DNA from: Planktothrix sp. GU0601_MAG3
Lineage (GTDB): Bacteria > Cyanobacteriota > Cyanobacteriia > Cyanobacteriales > Microcoleaceae
Length of the DNA: 64,000 nucleotides
Assembly (NCBI GenBank): GCA_035193785.1
Contig: CP136572.1
Location: 3,508,578 to 3,572,577, forward strand
Direction of reading: 5' to 3'
The position numbers and the translations under genes were made by a program. The notes below the pieces were generated by a model. That model did no database searches and was not told where the DNA came from. It saw nothing but the letters and a program-made list of their open reading frames with translations. This document shows, piece after piece, positions 37,271 through 48,553 of the stretch (its first letter is position 1; every line of letters begins with the position of its first letter).

Positions 37271-38308
37271 TTGAAACTAGCAGACTGGATCGGGTTTCTT
37301 TGTTTAATTATTGCTTTAATTATTCTATGGCAGTTTAGGCAGATATTACTGCTGGTGTTTACATCGGTTGTTTTCTCAATTGCGATTAATAGTTTAGTAC
37401 GTCGTATACAACGGTTTGGACTCGGGCGAGGGTGGGCTGTTCTCGTGTCCCTAACTTTAATTTTGGTCATAGGTGCGGTGTTAATTAGTATGGTCTTACC
37501 TCCGTTTTGGGGGCAGTTTCAAGAACTAATTAAACTGGTTCCCATCGGATACGATAAATTTCTAGTTTGGCTGAACAATCTGATTAAAAATCCTCCCATT
37601 TGGCTTCCAAATCTGAATATTGAACTGCCGAATGTTACTCAAATAGCGCAACAAGTTGGGCCTTTCGCCCAAAGGCTATTAGGAAATTTCTTTGCGTTCT
37701 TTTCTAACTCGATTGGTAATTTTTTACAGTTTTTATTGGTATTAATATTTACCTTGATGTTGTTAGCAGATCCTTTGTCCTATCGTCAAGGATTTGTGCG
37801 TCTATTTCCCTCATTTTATCGCCATCGGGCAGATTATATTCTATCCCAATGTGAAATAGTTCTGTTGCAATGGATGGGGGGTATTGTGATTACTTCCACC
37901 TTTGTTGCTGTCTTGAGTGGGATCGGTCTATTAATTTTGGGGGTTCCCTTTGTTTTTGCCCATGCTCTATTGGCGGGAATTTTTAACTTTGTCCCTAATA
38001 TTGGCCCAACAGCCAGTGTTATTTTTCCCGTTGCGGTTGCCTTATTAGATACACCCTGGAAAGCCTTGGCAGTAATTATCTTATACGTTATTATTCAAAA
38101 CTTAGAAAGCTATTGGTTTAGTCCCCTAATCATGCAAAAACAGGTTGATCTGTTACCCGCGATTACCTTAATAGCCCAAATATTTTTTGCCACCTTTTTC
38201 GGCGTGTTAGGTTTAGTTTTAGCTTTACCCCTAACCGTCGTTAGTAAAATTTGGATTCAAGAACTTTTACTCAATGATTTATTAGATCAATGGAAATTAG
38301 GTGATTAG
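37271..38308 (+). CDS. AI-2E family transporter
   Basis: Multi-TM; NFVPNIGP, IQNLESY, PLIMQKQV, GLVLALPL. Confidence 0.9.
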   Translation: MKLADWIGFLCLIIALIILWQFRQILLLVFTSVVFSIAINSLVRRIQRFGLGRGWAVLVSLTLILVIGAVLISMVLPPFWGQFQELIKLVPIGYDKFLVWLNNLIKNPPIWLPNLNIELPNVTQIAQQVGPFAQRLLGNFFAFFSNSIGNFLQFLLVLIFTLMLLADPLSYRQGFVRLFPSFYRHRADYILSQCEIVLLQWMGGIVITSTFVAVLSGIGLLILGVPFVFAHALLAGIFNFVPNIGPTASVIFPVAVALLDTPWKALAVIILYVIIQNLESYWFSPLIMQKQVDLLPAITLIAQIFFATFFGVLGLVLALPLTVVSKIWIQELLLNDLLDQWKLGD

Positions 38309-38433
38309 GGGGGAGTAGGGGAGGTAAACTCTTTCTATTAACCATAACCAATTCGTAATTCGTAATTCGTAATTCGTAATTCGTAATTACCCATTACCCA
38401 TTACCCATTACCCATTACCCATTACCCATTACC
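38309..38433. repeat. STRR block (GTAATTC)n (CCATTAC)n, inverted relative to the 36001 block
   Basis: Direct reading. Confidence 0.88.
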
Positions 38434-38459
38434 CTTTTTATAATTACCCAAGGAAAAAA

Positions 38460-39071
38460 ATGGTTGATCCCTATACGAATTATGACTCGAATTCTCCTGA
38501 TGTTCATGAAATTGCCCAAGATTTTCGTCGTTTGGGTTATCTGGGGTTTTGGGTACAATCTATCTTGGCAATCATTCCGATATTGCTTTTAATTTTTGTC
38601 CTGTTTTTAAGACCTGCTTCCCCTTCTAATTCTCACAATTCAGCCTTGGTTCTAGTTTTAGGATATGGCTGTTTATTTGCTTTAATTTTTACAATTTATT
38701 GGTGTTTCCGATATACTCAAATTGGCAGTAAATTAGAAGACCCGAATGAACGCCCCCCGAAGGCAGAAGTAGTTCATGCCCTATGGATTGGAATTGTGAT
38801 TAATCTGATTGGTATGACCTGTGTAATTCTAGTAGGTTTCTTAATTGTGGGAACCTTATTGTATAGGATGCTGACCTTACCCCCGGGAGGGTCTAAAATC
38901 CTGACTCCAACTCCGGGGACAACGGTTTTGAATCCAGGTTCTATTGTCACCCCGTTCAATTTAATTGCAATTCAGGCTATGCTCAGTGCCATGGCTGCGG
39001 AGGTAATCGGAATTGCCGTGAGTTTGTGGTTATTAACTCGTGTCGGTTCCCATCAGTCTCATCTCGAATAG
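38460..39071 (+). CDS. DUF3611 family membrane protein
   Basis: FRRLGYLGFWVQ, FRYT, INLIGM, IAVSLWLL pattern. Confidence 0.7.
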   Translation: MVDPYTNYDSNSPDVHEIAQDFRRLGYLGFWVQSILAIIPILLLIFVLFLRPASPSNSHNSALVLVLGYGCLFALIFTIYWCFRYTQIGSKLEDPNERPPKAEVVHALWIGIVINLIGMTCVILVGFLIVGTLLYRMLTLPPGGSKILTPTPGTTVLNPGSIVTPFNLIAIQAMLSAMAAEVIGIAVSLWLLTRVGSHQSHLE

Positions 39072-39132
39072 AGACTCTGTATTTATCAATTTGTTTGCTG
39101 TTGTTCATAAGCACCAGAATGGAGTCTAAGTT

Positions 39133-40078
39133 ATGTCACAATCTCTGATTTCTGCGATTATTTGTACCCACAATCGAGAAAAATATTTGGGTTTAGCAAT
39201 TGATAGTTTACTGCAACAAGATTTTACTGATTTTGAAATTATTGTTGTTGATAATGCTTCAACGGATGGAACTCGTCAAGTAGTTGAAACCCGTCTTCCG
39301 AATCCTAAACTGCGATATGTTCATGAACCAGTTACAGGGTTATCCGTAGCTCGGAATACAGGGGCAAAAAACTCCCAAAGCCCCATTATCGCCTATTTAG
39401 ATGATGATGCCATTGCCACACCTCAATGGTTAAGAGTGTTATATTCAGCTTATGAAAATCACCCAAAACTGGCAATTGCTGGGGGGAAAGTCACATTGAT
39501 TTGGCCAGAGGGAATCACTCCCCCACCTTGGTTGTCTGATAATTTAGCCGGAAATTTGGGTGCATACGATTTGGGAGACCAGTGGGTTGAAATTCAAAAT
39601 CCTGGTTTGACACCCAGAGGGTTAAATTATTCCATCCGTCGCAGTTTCTTAGAGAAAATTGGCGGTTTTGATGTCAATTTAGGTCGAGTGGGAAAACGGT
39701 TATTATCTAACGAAGAATTACAGATGACTGAACTTGCCCTCAAACAAGGTTGGCAAGTCGCTTATATTCCTGAAGCGTTAGTTGCCCACCATGTTGCACC
39801 GGAAACGGGTCAACCGAGCTTGGTTTATGGAGCGGGGATGGTGGCAAGGCATTAGCGAATGTTATCGGGAACAGTTAGCAGGGCGGGATGGAATTGTGCA
39901 ACTGGGACGAGGTGGGGAACGGATTATCCGAGGGTTGTACAAAACCATTAAATATTTTGATAATCCTGCCTTACAATTTGATAATTTCGTGTATGCTTAT
40001 GGTCAAATCGGTTATTTGGGTGCTGCAATTTCTGGTTTAGTTCATTCTGAATCTAAACTAGAGAATTCTCAAAAATAA
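39133..40078 (+). CDS. Glycosyltransferase family 2 (apparent frameshift at ~39802)
   Basis: IICTHNR, VVDNASTD, GLSVARN, AYLDDD, LLSNEE. Confidence 0.9.
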
Positions 40079-40122
40079 ATTGCCATCGTAGTCAATCATT
40101 TTATCTATTGTTAAGTTTAACT

Positions 40123-41049
40123 ATGAATTCTAACCCATCTAAACTTCCCGTTTCTGTGTTGATTCCGGCTAGAAATGAACAGTCTAATTTACCTGCCTGT
40201 TTAGCGAGTGTAGCCCGGGCTGATGAGATTTTTCTTGTTGATTCCCAAAGTAGCGATCGCAGTGTGGAAATCGCCGAAGATTATGGGGCTAAGGTGGTTC
40301 AATTTTATTTTAAAGGAGGATGGCCGAAAAAGAAAAATTGGTCATTAGAAACCTTACCCTTTAAAAATGAATGGGTGTTAATTGTAGATTGTGATGAAAG
40401 AATTACCTCTGAATCTTGGGATGAAATTGCGGAAGTAATCAAAAACCCAGAATATACGGGATATTATATTAATCGTCGGGTCTTCTTTTTAGGAACTTGG
40501 ATTCGTCACGGGGGCAAATATCCCGACTGGAATTTGCGTTTATTCAAGCATAAATTGGGCCGTTATGAAAACTTAAATACGGAAGATGTTCCCAATACTG
40601 GCGATAATGAAGTTCATGAACACGTTGTCATGTCTTCGGGTCAAGTGGGATATCTAAAAAATGATATGCTCCATGAAGATTTTCGAGATTTATTCCACTG
40701 GATTGAACGCCATAATCGTTATTCTAATTGGGAAGCTCGGGTTTATTACAATACTTTGATGGGGACGGATGATAGCAAAACTATCGGTGCTGATCTATTT
40801 GGAGATTCGGTTCAACGCAAACGGTTTTTAAAGAAAATTTGGGTGAGATTACCCTTTAAACCCTTGCTAAGATTTATTATATTCTATATCATCCGCTTGG
40901 GATTCTTAGATGGTAAAGCCGGATATATTTACGGCCGTCTTTTGAGCCAATATGAATATCAAATCGGGGTGAAATTATTTGAATTACGGACATTTGGCGG
41001 GCAGTTAAATGTTACCCCAAAACCTGTTAATCCCCCGATTCCCCATTAA
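40123..41049 (+). CDS. Glycosyltransferase family 2
   Basis: VLIPARNE, VDSQSSD, IVDCDE, VHEH, RHNRYS. Confidence 0.9.
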   Translation: MNSNPSKLPVSVLIPARNEQSNLPACLASVARADEIFLVDSQSSDRSVEIAEDYGAKVVQFYFKGGWPKKKNWSLETLPFKNEWVLIVDCDERITSESWDEIAEVIKNPEYTGYYINRRVFFLGTWIRHGGKYPDWNLRLFKHKLGRYENLNTEDVPNTGDNEVHEHVVMSSGQVGYLKNDMLHEDFRDLFHWIERHNRYSNWEARVYYNTLMGTDDSKTIGADLFGDSVQRKRFLKKIWVRLPFKPLLRFIIFYIIRLGFLDGKAGYIYGRLLSQYEYQIGVKLFELRTFGGQLNVTPKPVNPPIPH

Positions 41050-41052
41050 TTT

Positions 41053-41619
41053 ATGCTGCAAGAAAAAACGAATTTTGTGGATTTACGCCAATATGATCAA
41101 TCCAATTTTGATCGGGGAAAACCGGGTTGGTTTGTATTGTTATGGTGGTTAGTGCAAGCGATCGCATTTCCCCTCAGCTTACATCCGTTTAATGGCATAC
41201 GCTGTCAAATCCTGCGGTTATTTGGCGCCAAGGTGGGTCAGGGGGTGATCCTGCGTCCCACAGCCCGGTTTACCTATCCTTGGAAAGTAACCATCGGGGA
41301 TTACAGTTGGATTGGGGATGATGTGGTGTTTTATAGTTTAGATGAAATTACCGTAGGGGAACATTGCGTGATTTCCCAAAAGAGTTATTTATGCACCGGA
41401 GGTCACGATATTAAAGATCCTGGGTTTGAATTACAAACTGCTCCAATTATTATTGAAGATGGTGTTTGGGTGGGGATGGATTGTTTTGTTGGGCCAGGGG
41501 TTAAAATTGGTGCAAATTCAGTGATTGGGGCGCGTAGTAGTGTGTTTAAAAGTATGCCCCCCGGCCAAGTTTGTATCGGTTCTCCTTGTCGTCCCTGTTA
41601 TCCCAGACCGATGCACTAA
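41053..41619 (+). CDS. WcaF/HpsU-like polysaccharide O-acetyltransferase (hexapeptide repeat)
   Basis: LRLFGAKVG, YPWKVTIGDYSWIGD, ISQKSYLCTGGHD, GARSSV. Confidence 0.88.
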   Translation: MLQEKTNFVDLRQYDQSNFDRGKPGWFVLLWWLVQAIAFPLSLHPFNGIRCQILRLFGAKVGQGVILRPTARFTYPWKVTIGDYSWIGDDVVFYSLDEITVGEHCVISQKSYLCTGGHDIKDPGFELQTAPIIIEDGVWVGMDCFVGPGVKIGANSVIGARSSVFKSMPPGQVCIGSPCRPCYPRPMH

Positions 41620-41664
41620 TCTAAGGGAATTACGAATTATGAATTACGAATTACGCATGGGGGA

Positions 41665-42778
41665 CTAAGAATTAATAATTCCGTTTCCCCCTAGTTTTAA
41701 TCCCGTTTGAGTTTCCGAATGTCTTTCTAGGGCAAATTGGATTAATTGATGCACCAATTCAGGAAAAGCAACTCCCGTTGCTGCCCACAGTTGGGGATAC
41801 ATACTCGTAGCAGTAAAACCCGGGAGAGTATTAATTTCATTAATGAAAATTTCTCCGGTTTTTTCCACATAGAAAAAGTCAACCCGTCCTAACCCGGCGG
41901 CATCAACAGCTAAAAAGGCTTGAACCGCCATTTCTTTAATTTTATTGGCTATTTCATCGCTAATTTTTGCCGGGATAAATAGATCGGCTTTACCCTCGGT
42001 ATATTTGGTTTCATAATCATAGAAATCACTATTAAAGGTAATTTCTCCAACGACGGAAGCCTTGGGTCTATCGGTTCCTAATACGGCACATTCCACTTCC
42101 CTAGCAATGACTCCCGCTTCTACAATAATCCGTCGATCATAACTGGCTGCGTTATCTAAAGCGGCTTCTAATTCTTGACGGTTTCTGACTTTAGAAATAC
42201 CGACGGATGAACCTAAATTAGCAGGTTTGACAAAACAGGGATAACCTAATTCCGCTTCTAATTCGTCACATAATTTAGGGAAAATACAGGGGTTGGAATA
42301 AATTTGCGATCGCGTCACAAGTTTATATTTAACTTGGGGTAAACCCGCTTGAGCAAATGCCATTTTCATCGCAATTTTATCCATGCCAATTGCCGAACCC
42401 AAAACCCCAGAAACCCACAAAGGGAACCTGCATTAAAGTTAATAACCCTTGAATAGTTCCATCCTCTCCATTCGGCCCGTGTAAAATGGGAAACCAAAGG
42501 TCAATTTCTGATAAATTAATATTTTGGGGAATGCGATCGCCCGGTTGAGCTTCATCGTCAATTAAGAGGGGTTTTCCTGACTCTAAAACCTGTTGAGCAA
42601 TGGTGCTATCTTTCCAAACCCCATTTTTTTGAATATATACGGGTAGCAGTTCGTATCGAGTTGTATTTTCATCAGTTGTTAAGGCTTTGGCGATCGCCCT
42701 AGCAGAACTAATTGAAACTTCATGCTCCCCAGAACACCCACCAAATAATAATCCCACCCGTAATTTATTCATAATCAT
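41665..42778 (-). CDS. ddl: D-alanine--D-alanine ligase (apparent frameshift at ~42410)
   Basis: [47 protein letters not shown]. Confidence 0.95.
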
Positions 42779-42902
42779 CGGAATCAGTAAACAGTAAACA
42801 GTTATCAGTTATCGGCGTCAGAGTCAATCTAAATCTTATTAAACTCCGAAACAGATTCAAATCCGTGAAATCCGTGCAATCCTCTTAAATCCGTGATCCC
42901 TA

Positions 42903-43313
42903 TTACCCATTACCTATTTTTTGAATTTTCGGTAATTTTAAACCTTGGATAGTACCTTGGGGCTGCATCAAGGGTAAAAACTCCTCCACCTTTTCGGCTC
43001 CGGCTATTTGCAATGCTTTGAGAAGTTGGCTGGTTTCATCCATCAACTGTTCTACATTAATCCCACTATAATCGGGATAATAATAGTCCAATTTTCCTAG
43101 TCCTTCCCCCATCAAAATCACAGCCCCTTTCCAATTTTTTTGGCTTAAATGATACAATCCGACGGCAATTTGTAAAACCCCTTGATAGAATTTTTTCTCC
43201 AGTTGTGGTGCTTCCATCCACAAAGCCTCTAAGGTGTCGTGACAAGCATAGAATTGTTGTTGATTAAATTCTTCAACTCCTTGCCAAAACTCCTGGGGAA
43301 TTTCCTCTTGCAT
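42903..43313 (-). CDS. DUF309 domain protein
   Basis: FNQQQFYACHDTLEALW...YQGVLQIAV. Confidence 0.88.
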   Translation of the reverse strand: MQEEIPQEFWQGVEEFNQQQFYACHDTLEALWMEAPQLEKKFYQGVLQIAVGLYHLSQKNWKGAVILMGEGLGKLDYYYPDYSGINVEQLMDETSQLLKALQIAGAEKVEEFLPLMQPQGTIQGLKLPKIQKIGNG

Positions 43314-43416
43314 GGATTTAAACTCCTAACCCAAAACCAGATATGAGTAAGAATTTACTAACTCTATCTTTTCCTAAAATCAAACACCTAACACCGACAC
43401 CAATAACCAATAATTC

Positions 43417-43780
43417 TCACATTGTGGAGCGAACTTCTTCAATTTCTTCTAGGGAAATTTTTTGTTGATCTCCAGCAAAATCATTGTCAGGGGTTAGGAA
43501 TAGCATACAATGACATTCTTTGCGTTCTCGCATGGGAACACAGGGACAATTCCAAAACGTATTTTTGACTTCAGCCTCCTTATCTTCATAATGACGACAG
43601 GGACAAAGAGGTGCTCCCAAGTCGTCTTTATGTTTCGCCAAACCCTCAATCACAACAGCAGTAACCGAAGGTTTCAGCGCAGAAGTAAGTTCCCGTCCGT
43701 CTGGCGTACTGTTCAGAGAACTGCTTCATCGCCATTAAGCTCTTTTCAGTGGCTAATTTATCGTTAGTTTTTGGGGTCAT
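43417..43780 (-). CDS. ftrC: Ferredoxin-thioredoxin reductase catalytic subunit (apparent frameshift at ~43671)
   Basis: FSEQYARRTGTYFC, LCPCRHY, WNCPCVPM, ECHCMLF. Confidence 0.93.
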
Positions 43781-43917
43781 GGATCGGCGTGTCATTTGTA
43801 TAACAATATTATTTTGATTGTACCGCAAGGGGTGTCAATTTTGAAAAAAACCGCAGAAAGGATCGATAAAACTACAGACGAAAAAATTAATTAATCCTGA
43901 TTAATGGACTAAAAATT

Positions 43918-45090
43918 TTATTTTCTCAAGGAAGATTGTAGCTGAGATTTTAGGGGTTGATCGGGAATAATATCTAATCCCAAATGAGCCAAATTTTGGC
44001 TAGGGTCATCGTTTTTTTTCTGAGGCAATGGGGCAGAAGAATTAGGCCAAAGCAACCAACGACTTCCCTGGGGCAATTTTTTCAAAGATTCGGGATTTTG
44101 AGTTAACCAAATTATCGGGAATTTAGGGAGATTTTCCCTAACCTTATCTTCCCCACACAGAACATCCGCCAAGGTATAAAGCACCACTCGATTACCAGAA
44201 ACCAGTCCGGTTTTTGCCGTCCATAACTGCACATTTAATTGACTGTGAGAGGCATAAAAATATAAAGAAGCGGCGGCGATTACAGCTTGCTCAAAATCAT
44301 CGGGTTGCCAGAAAAAAGCACTATCTAAACCAATAATAACTTCTTGACCCCCGTTAGAAGTTTCCAATTCCCTGACCCGTAATTCTCCATAACGGGCACT
44401 AGAACGCCAATGAATTAAACGGGTGGCATCGCCATAACGATAGGGTCTTAAAGTGCGGGTAATGCCTTCTGTTGCTATTTGAAACTGACGATTTTCATAG
44501 ACATTCGGGTTATAATCCTGTCCCATTTCATCAATGATCGGACAGTTAGTTAAGGGCAAAACTAACGGATAAACAATCGCCGTTGCTGGGGCTTCTCGTT
44601 CCCGACTACACCAAAATAATCCTAGGGGTGTGGCGGTTCTTAATTGTACTCCCAGCCAATGATAAATGCCGCGTTTTTGGGTAGGAATATAAGTTACCCA
44701 TTGACGAGATTGATGGGGCGGTAAATGTTCAATAACCGTGGTAGATTTTCCTAAACTGGGGGGCAATAAATCCCGAACTTGAATCAGCGTTCTCGGTTGA
44801 TGGCTAGAATTTTCAATTGTTAATTCCAGGGTTAAATCATCTCCCACACTTACGGGGTGAATGGTTTCTCGTTTGATTTTTAGGGCTAATAGGGAACGTT
44901 GGGGTAAAATTACGGCGATCGCTAATAAAGCAAAACTAATTCCACTAATCACATATAACCATCCCGCCATTGTATTAGTAGCGGAGCCAAAGAAAAAGAT
45001 AGAGAGTCCCATTAGTAATCCACCACTATAAGCAGGAGTTACTGCATGAGATTCTAACCAACGTTGCAATTTAAACCGATTTTTTTTCAT
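43918..45090 (-). CDS. DUF58 domain protein
   Basis: RGIYHW, PLGLF, LRPYRYGD..RLIHWRSSAR. Confidence 0.88.
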   Translation of the reverse strand: MKKNRFKLQRWLESHAVTPAYSGGLLMGLSIFFFGSATNTMAGWLYVISGISFALLAIAVILPQRSLLALKIKRETIHPVSVGDDLTLELTIENSSHQPRTLIQVRDLLPPSLGKSTTVIEHLPPHQSRQWVTYIPTQKRGIYHWLGVQLRTATPLGLFWCSREREAPATAIVYPLVLPLTNCPIIDEMGQDYNPNVYENRQFQIATEGITRTLRPYRYGDATRLIHWRSSARYGELRVRELETSNGGQEVIIGLDSAFFWQPDDFEQAVIAAASLYFYASHSQLNVQLWTAKTGLVSGNRVVLYTLADVLCGEDKVRENLPKFPIIWLTQNPESLKKLPQGSRWLLWPNSSAPLPQKKNDDPSQNLAHLGLDIIPDQPLKSQLQSSLRK

Positions 45091-45219
45091 GTTCAAAGGA
45101 AATTGAAGACAAATAAAGATAAATTTTGGGTTACGAAATTTTTACAAAGCCTACGGGGGAGGAATATATTCTTTATAATTCAGTTAATGCCAAACTGCGT
45201 TGAAGTCAGCCTAATAACC

Positions 45220-46427
45220 ATGACCAATTCCGCTTCCCCCAAGCCCATCCCCAAAATGCCTCCCCCCCCTAGTGGGTTGGAGCCTGCATCTGTTGCTATC
45301 AATCCTGGATCTTCGATCAAAATGATGGTTAAGGATGCCTATAGCAAAAAAGCCTCAGATATTCATATTCGGGTCGGACATACACCCCGATTTAGGATTC
45401 AGGGTCAAATGACCAGAGCCAAGGATCAGCCTAAAGTCACTCCCGAACTATTTGAACATTATTTAGAGGAAGTTCTGACTCCCCATCAACGTCAACAGTT
45501 TGCGGACACGAAGGAACTAGACACAGCCGTATTTTATCCTGGGTTAGTGCGCTGTCGGGTGAATTGTTTTGATTCCCTGACCGGGGGCGCGATGGTTTTA
45601 CGTTTAATTCATTTGCAAATTCCCTCCATTGATGAGTTAGCGTTACCCCCAGTGCTGAAAAATATTATTAGTTTTCTCCCCAGGGTTTAATCTTAATCAC
45701 CGGGCCAACGGGTTCGGGGAAATCCACAACCCTAGCGGCGATGATTCGTCACCTGAATGAAACGGCGAAAAAGCATATTGTCACCATTGAAGACCCGATT
45801 GAATTTGTCCATCCCTCGAAGATGTGTTTGATTAGTCAACGGGAAGTTGGCCTACATACCCTAGAATTCAATAACGCCTTACGCGCAGTTTTGAGGGAAG
45901 ATCCCGATGTGATTTTAATTGGGGAAATGCGCGATCGCACCACCGTTAATACGGCCCTACAAGCCTCTCAAACGGGTCACTTAGTTTTAGGAACTCTCCA
46001 TACCCGCAATGCTTTAAATGCCGTTAATCGTCTGTTAAACCTATTTAATGTAGACGAACAACCGGCGGTACGGATTCAGATTTGTGATTCCTTGGTGGCG
46101 GTGATTGCTCAATTATTAGTTCCCACCGTAGATAATAAAAGGGCGGCGGTTCACGATGTTTTGGTGAATACCCCAGCCATGCGAGATTATCTCCTCAAAG
46201 GCGATGAGGAAAACGCCCTACAGTTAATGGAATCCGATACTTACGAGGGAATGCAACTGATTAACCAAGCCCTATTTGAACAGGTAATTGCCGCCCGGGT
46301 TACCATGGAAGAAGCCGAAAAAACCTCTCCCGACCCCACGGACTTAGACCGTCGCTTCCGTATTGCTGGGATCGACAGTGGAGGTATCGCCCGCCAGTTC
46401 AAAGAAGGTAAATCCCCCTTTAGTTAG
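45220..46427 (+). CDS. pilT: Type IV pilus PilT-family ATPase (PilT2-like; apparent +2 frameshift at ~45671)
   Basis: ASDIH, GPTGSGKST, TIEDPIE, LREDPDVILIGEMRD, TGHLVLGTLHT. Confidence 0.9.
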
Positions 46428-46456
46428 AATCCTCAAGTCTGAGTGTCAAATTTTCA

Positions 46457-47062
46457 CTAATTTCTGTTTTCAGTTTCTTTTTTAATTGCCTCTAGGGTTT
46501 GTTTTAAGCTATTTTCATAAATACCATAAAATAAAGGTAGACTAGGAGTAGAACCCGGGTCAACCTTTACTTGATGCTCAATTAAAACTTGTTGAGCCGA
46601 AATCGGTTCAATTTTCCAACTTCCCTGTAAAGATTTTAAATCCCCATCAACCAGTTTAAAATCAATTTGTTTGGGATAGGTTTCTGTACTAGCAATCCGA
46701 ACCCTAGTTTGTTGTTTAAAAATAAGAGCTTGAACTTGATAAATTTGTTCAAATGTTTTCTTATTTCCTTCCGTTTTCAAGACTTTACTACTGATAACAT
46801 TAGGCAAAAACCGAAAAAAGTTATTATAATCTGTCAATACTTTCCAAGTCGTATCCGCAGAACTATTAACAACAATTTTAGCGATATATTGACCATCTTT
46901 TCCCGTTACCGTTGCTCCTTGAGGTTGACTTGCTATTAGGTTAGGATTAACCATTTCACCAATAGCTAGGGGGTTATTGAGCAAGGTTATACCTAAACCC
47001 AGGACGGAAACAAATGTTGTCAAAACTGGATTGGATTTGTGGGGAGTAGAATTAAAAGACAT
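46457..47062 (-). CDS. SRPBCC/polyketide cyclase-like (START) protein
   Basis: WKVLTDY..F..F.P, F.LV.GD...LQGSW.I; N-terminal signal-like segment. Confidence 0.8.
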   Translation of the reverse strand: MSFNSTPHKSNPVLTTFVSVLGLGITLLNNPLAIGEMVNPNLIASQPQGATVTGKDGQYIAKIVVNSSADTTWKVLTDYNNFFRFLPNVISSKVLKTEGNKKTFEQIYQVQALIFKQQTRVRIASTETYPKQIDFKLVDGDLKSLQGSWKIEPISAQQVLIEHQVKVDPGSTPSLPLFYGIYENSLKQTLEAIKKETENRN

Positions 47063-47162
47063 TGGTATTTTAAATTAGTTATTGAGGAGAGACGCAAAAT
47101 TCTACGTTTCCACAGGTTGTGTTTATTGTAGCAGAAAAACATCAATAAAACCATTATATTTT

Positions 47163-47283
47163 CCCCATTCGTAGTAAGCCCTTCAGGGCTTTCATCCCCA
47201 TTCGTAGTAAGCCCTTCAGGGCTTTCATCCCCATTTGTAGTAAGCCCTTCAGGGCTTTTCTGAGGGCTGAAGCCCTCACTACG
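47163..47283. repeat. 33 bp REP tandem x3 plus inverted copy
   Basis: CCCCATTCGTAGTAAGCCCTTCAGGGCTTTCAT at 47163, 47196, 47229; GGGCTGAAGCCCTCACTACG closes. Confidence 0.88.
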
Positions 47284-47525
47284 AGATCAAGGTCTAAGAA
47301 TCCGGTGCATATCTAAACTGGGGCGTTTAACAATAGTTTGGGTTAACATATCGTGAATTTGTCCGCGATGATGGGTTTGATGGTTGAAAAAGTGCATAAT
47401 TAATATATCAATCTGAAAAAAAGCTGGTCTAGTTTGTTTACGTTCTGCGTCGGTTAATTCTGCACAGGCTGAATCATAAAATTAAGGATTTGAAAGTTCA
47501 ACAGAGTCCAAATAGAGTCGATAAT

Positions 47526-47541
47526 TGTGATTTTGGTCACA
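47526..47541. promoter_or_regulatory. CRP/SyCRP1-type binding site
   Basis: Perfect TGTGA-N6-TCACA (TGTGATTTTGGTCACA). Confidence 0.7.
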
Positions 47542-47708
47542 TTAATACTGTTTTGCGATCGCCATAGTACCTTAACCCGATCACAGATTTTAGGTTATCT
47601 CAATCACAAATTATATTCCCAGAAATCACAAATAAAGCCGATGTAAAATCACGCCCATTATGTAAAAAATCTGTAAAGATTAAAATACTGGGTTAACATC
47701 AAATATCT

Positions 47709-47918
47709 ATGGTTCCTAAAGTTCAACTCCTACAATCTGCCCTGGGTGATTTATTCGCTCAAGTGAACACCACGGGTTATTTAACCATTGCGGATCGGTA
47801 TGGACTCCTCGCAGCGATTTTAGATGAATCCCTCTCAGAAGAAGAAAGACGCTGTATTGATCGAATACTCAGAGGAGTCTCTCGCGGAAAAATCAAAATT
47901 GTGGATGAAACTCTCTAG
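47709..47918 (+). CDS. Small conserved cyanobacterial hypothetical protein
   Basis: TGYLTIADRYGLLAAIL...EEERRCIDRILR..RGKI. Confidence 0.75.
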   Translation: MVPKVQLLQSALGDLFAQVNTTGYLTIADRYGLLAAILDESLSEEERRCIDRILRGVSRGKIKIVDETL

Positions 47919-47928
47919 TTTGCGATAA

Positions 47929-48477
47929 TTAACATTTGCCTTTTTGTCCATCGGGCATAGTCGCACCACAAAAATTGGTTCCTTGTAGTTTAGCATTATT
48001 GAGATTAGCATTTAATAAATTAGCATTATTAAATTGAGCATCTTCTAAAAACGCTTGATAAAGATCAGACCAAGAAAGGTCAGCATCCTTTAAATTCGCT
48101 TTTCTTAACGTGGTGCTTAGGAGCTTTGTATCGCGTAAATCTGCCCCGGATAAATCTGCTTCAATTAAATTAGCTGAACTTAGATCCGCCCCTTTTAAAT
48201 TAGCCCCTTTGAGATTAGCTTTTTGCAAATTTGCCCCGGATAAATCTGCCCCTTCTAACTTTGCCTCTGCCAAATTAGCCTGACTTAAATCACATTGTTG
48301 ACATTGATTGGTACTAATTAATCTTTCCATATCACCTTGGCGTTCTGCTAAAACCGGAAATCCCACCCCTAAACTAATCAAACCCGTAATAATAATTAAT
48401 CGCAATTGGGGATTTATTCCACAAGTGTTGCGATAGTTTTGTCGCCGTTGAAATAATCCGAAATTGATAATTCTCAT
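47929..48477 (-). CDS. Pentapeptide repeat protein
   Basis: CQQCDL then A(D/N)LxG repeats, GATMPDG end. Confidence 0.92.
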   Translation of the reverse strand: MRIINFGLFQRRQNYRNTCGINPQLRLIIITGLISLGVGFPVLAERQGDMERLISTNQCQQCDLSQANLAEAKLEGADLSGANLQKANLKGANLKGADLSSANLIEADLSGADLRDTKLLSTTLRKANLKDADLSWSDLYQAFLEDAQFNNANLLNANLNNAKLQGTNFCGATMPDGQKGKC

Positions 48478-48553
48478 AACTTTTTAGGAAACTCAATTAA
48501 CAAAAGTACCATTATTTGCTATAATAGGATATTGTTCTGTCATTTCTAAAGCT

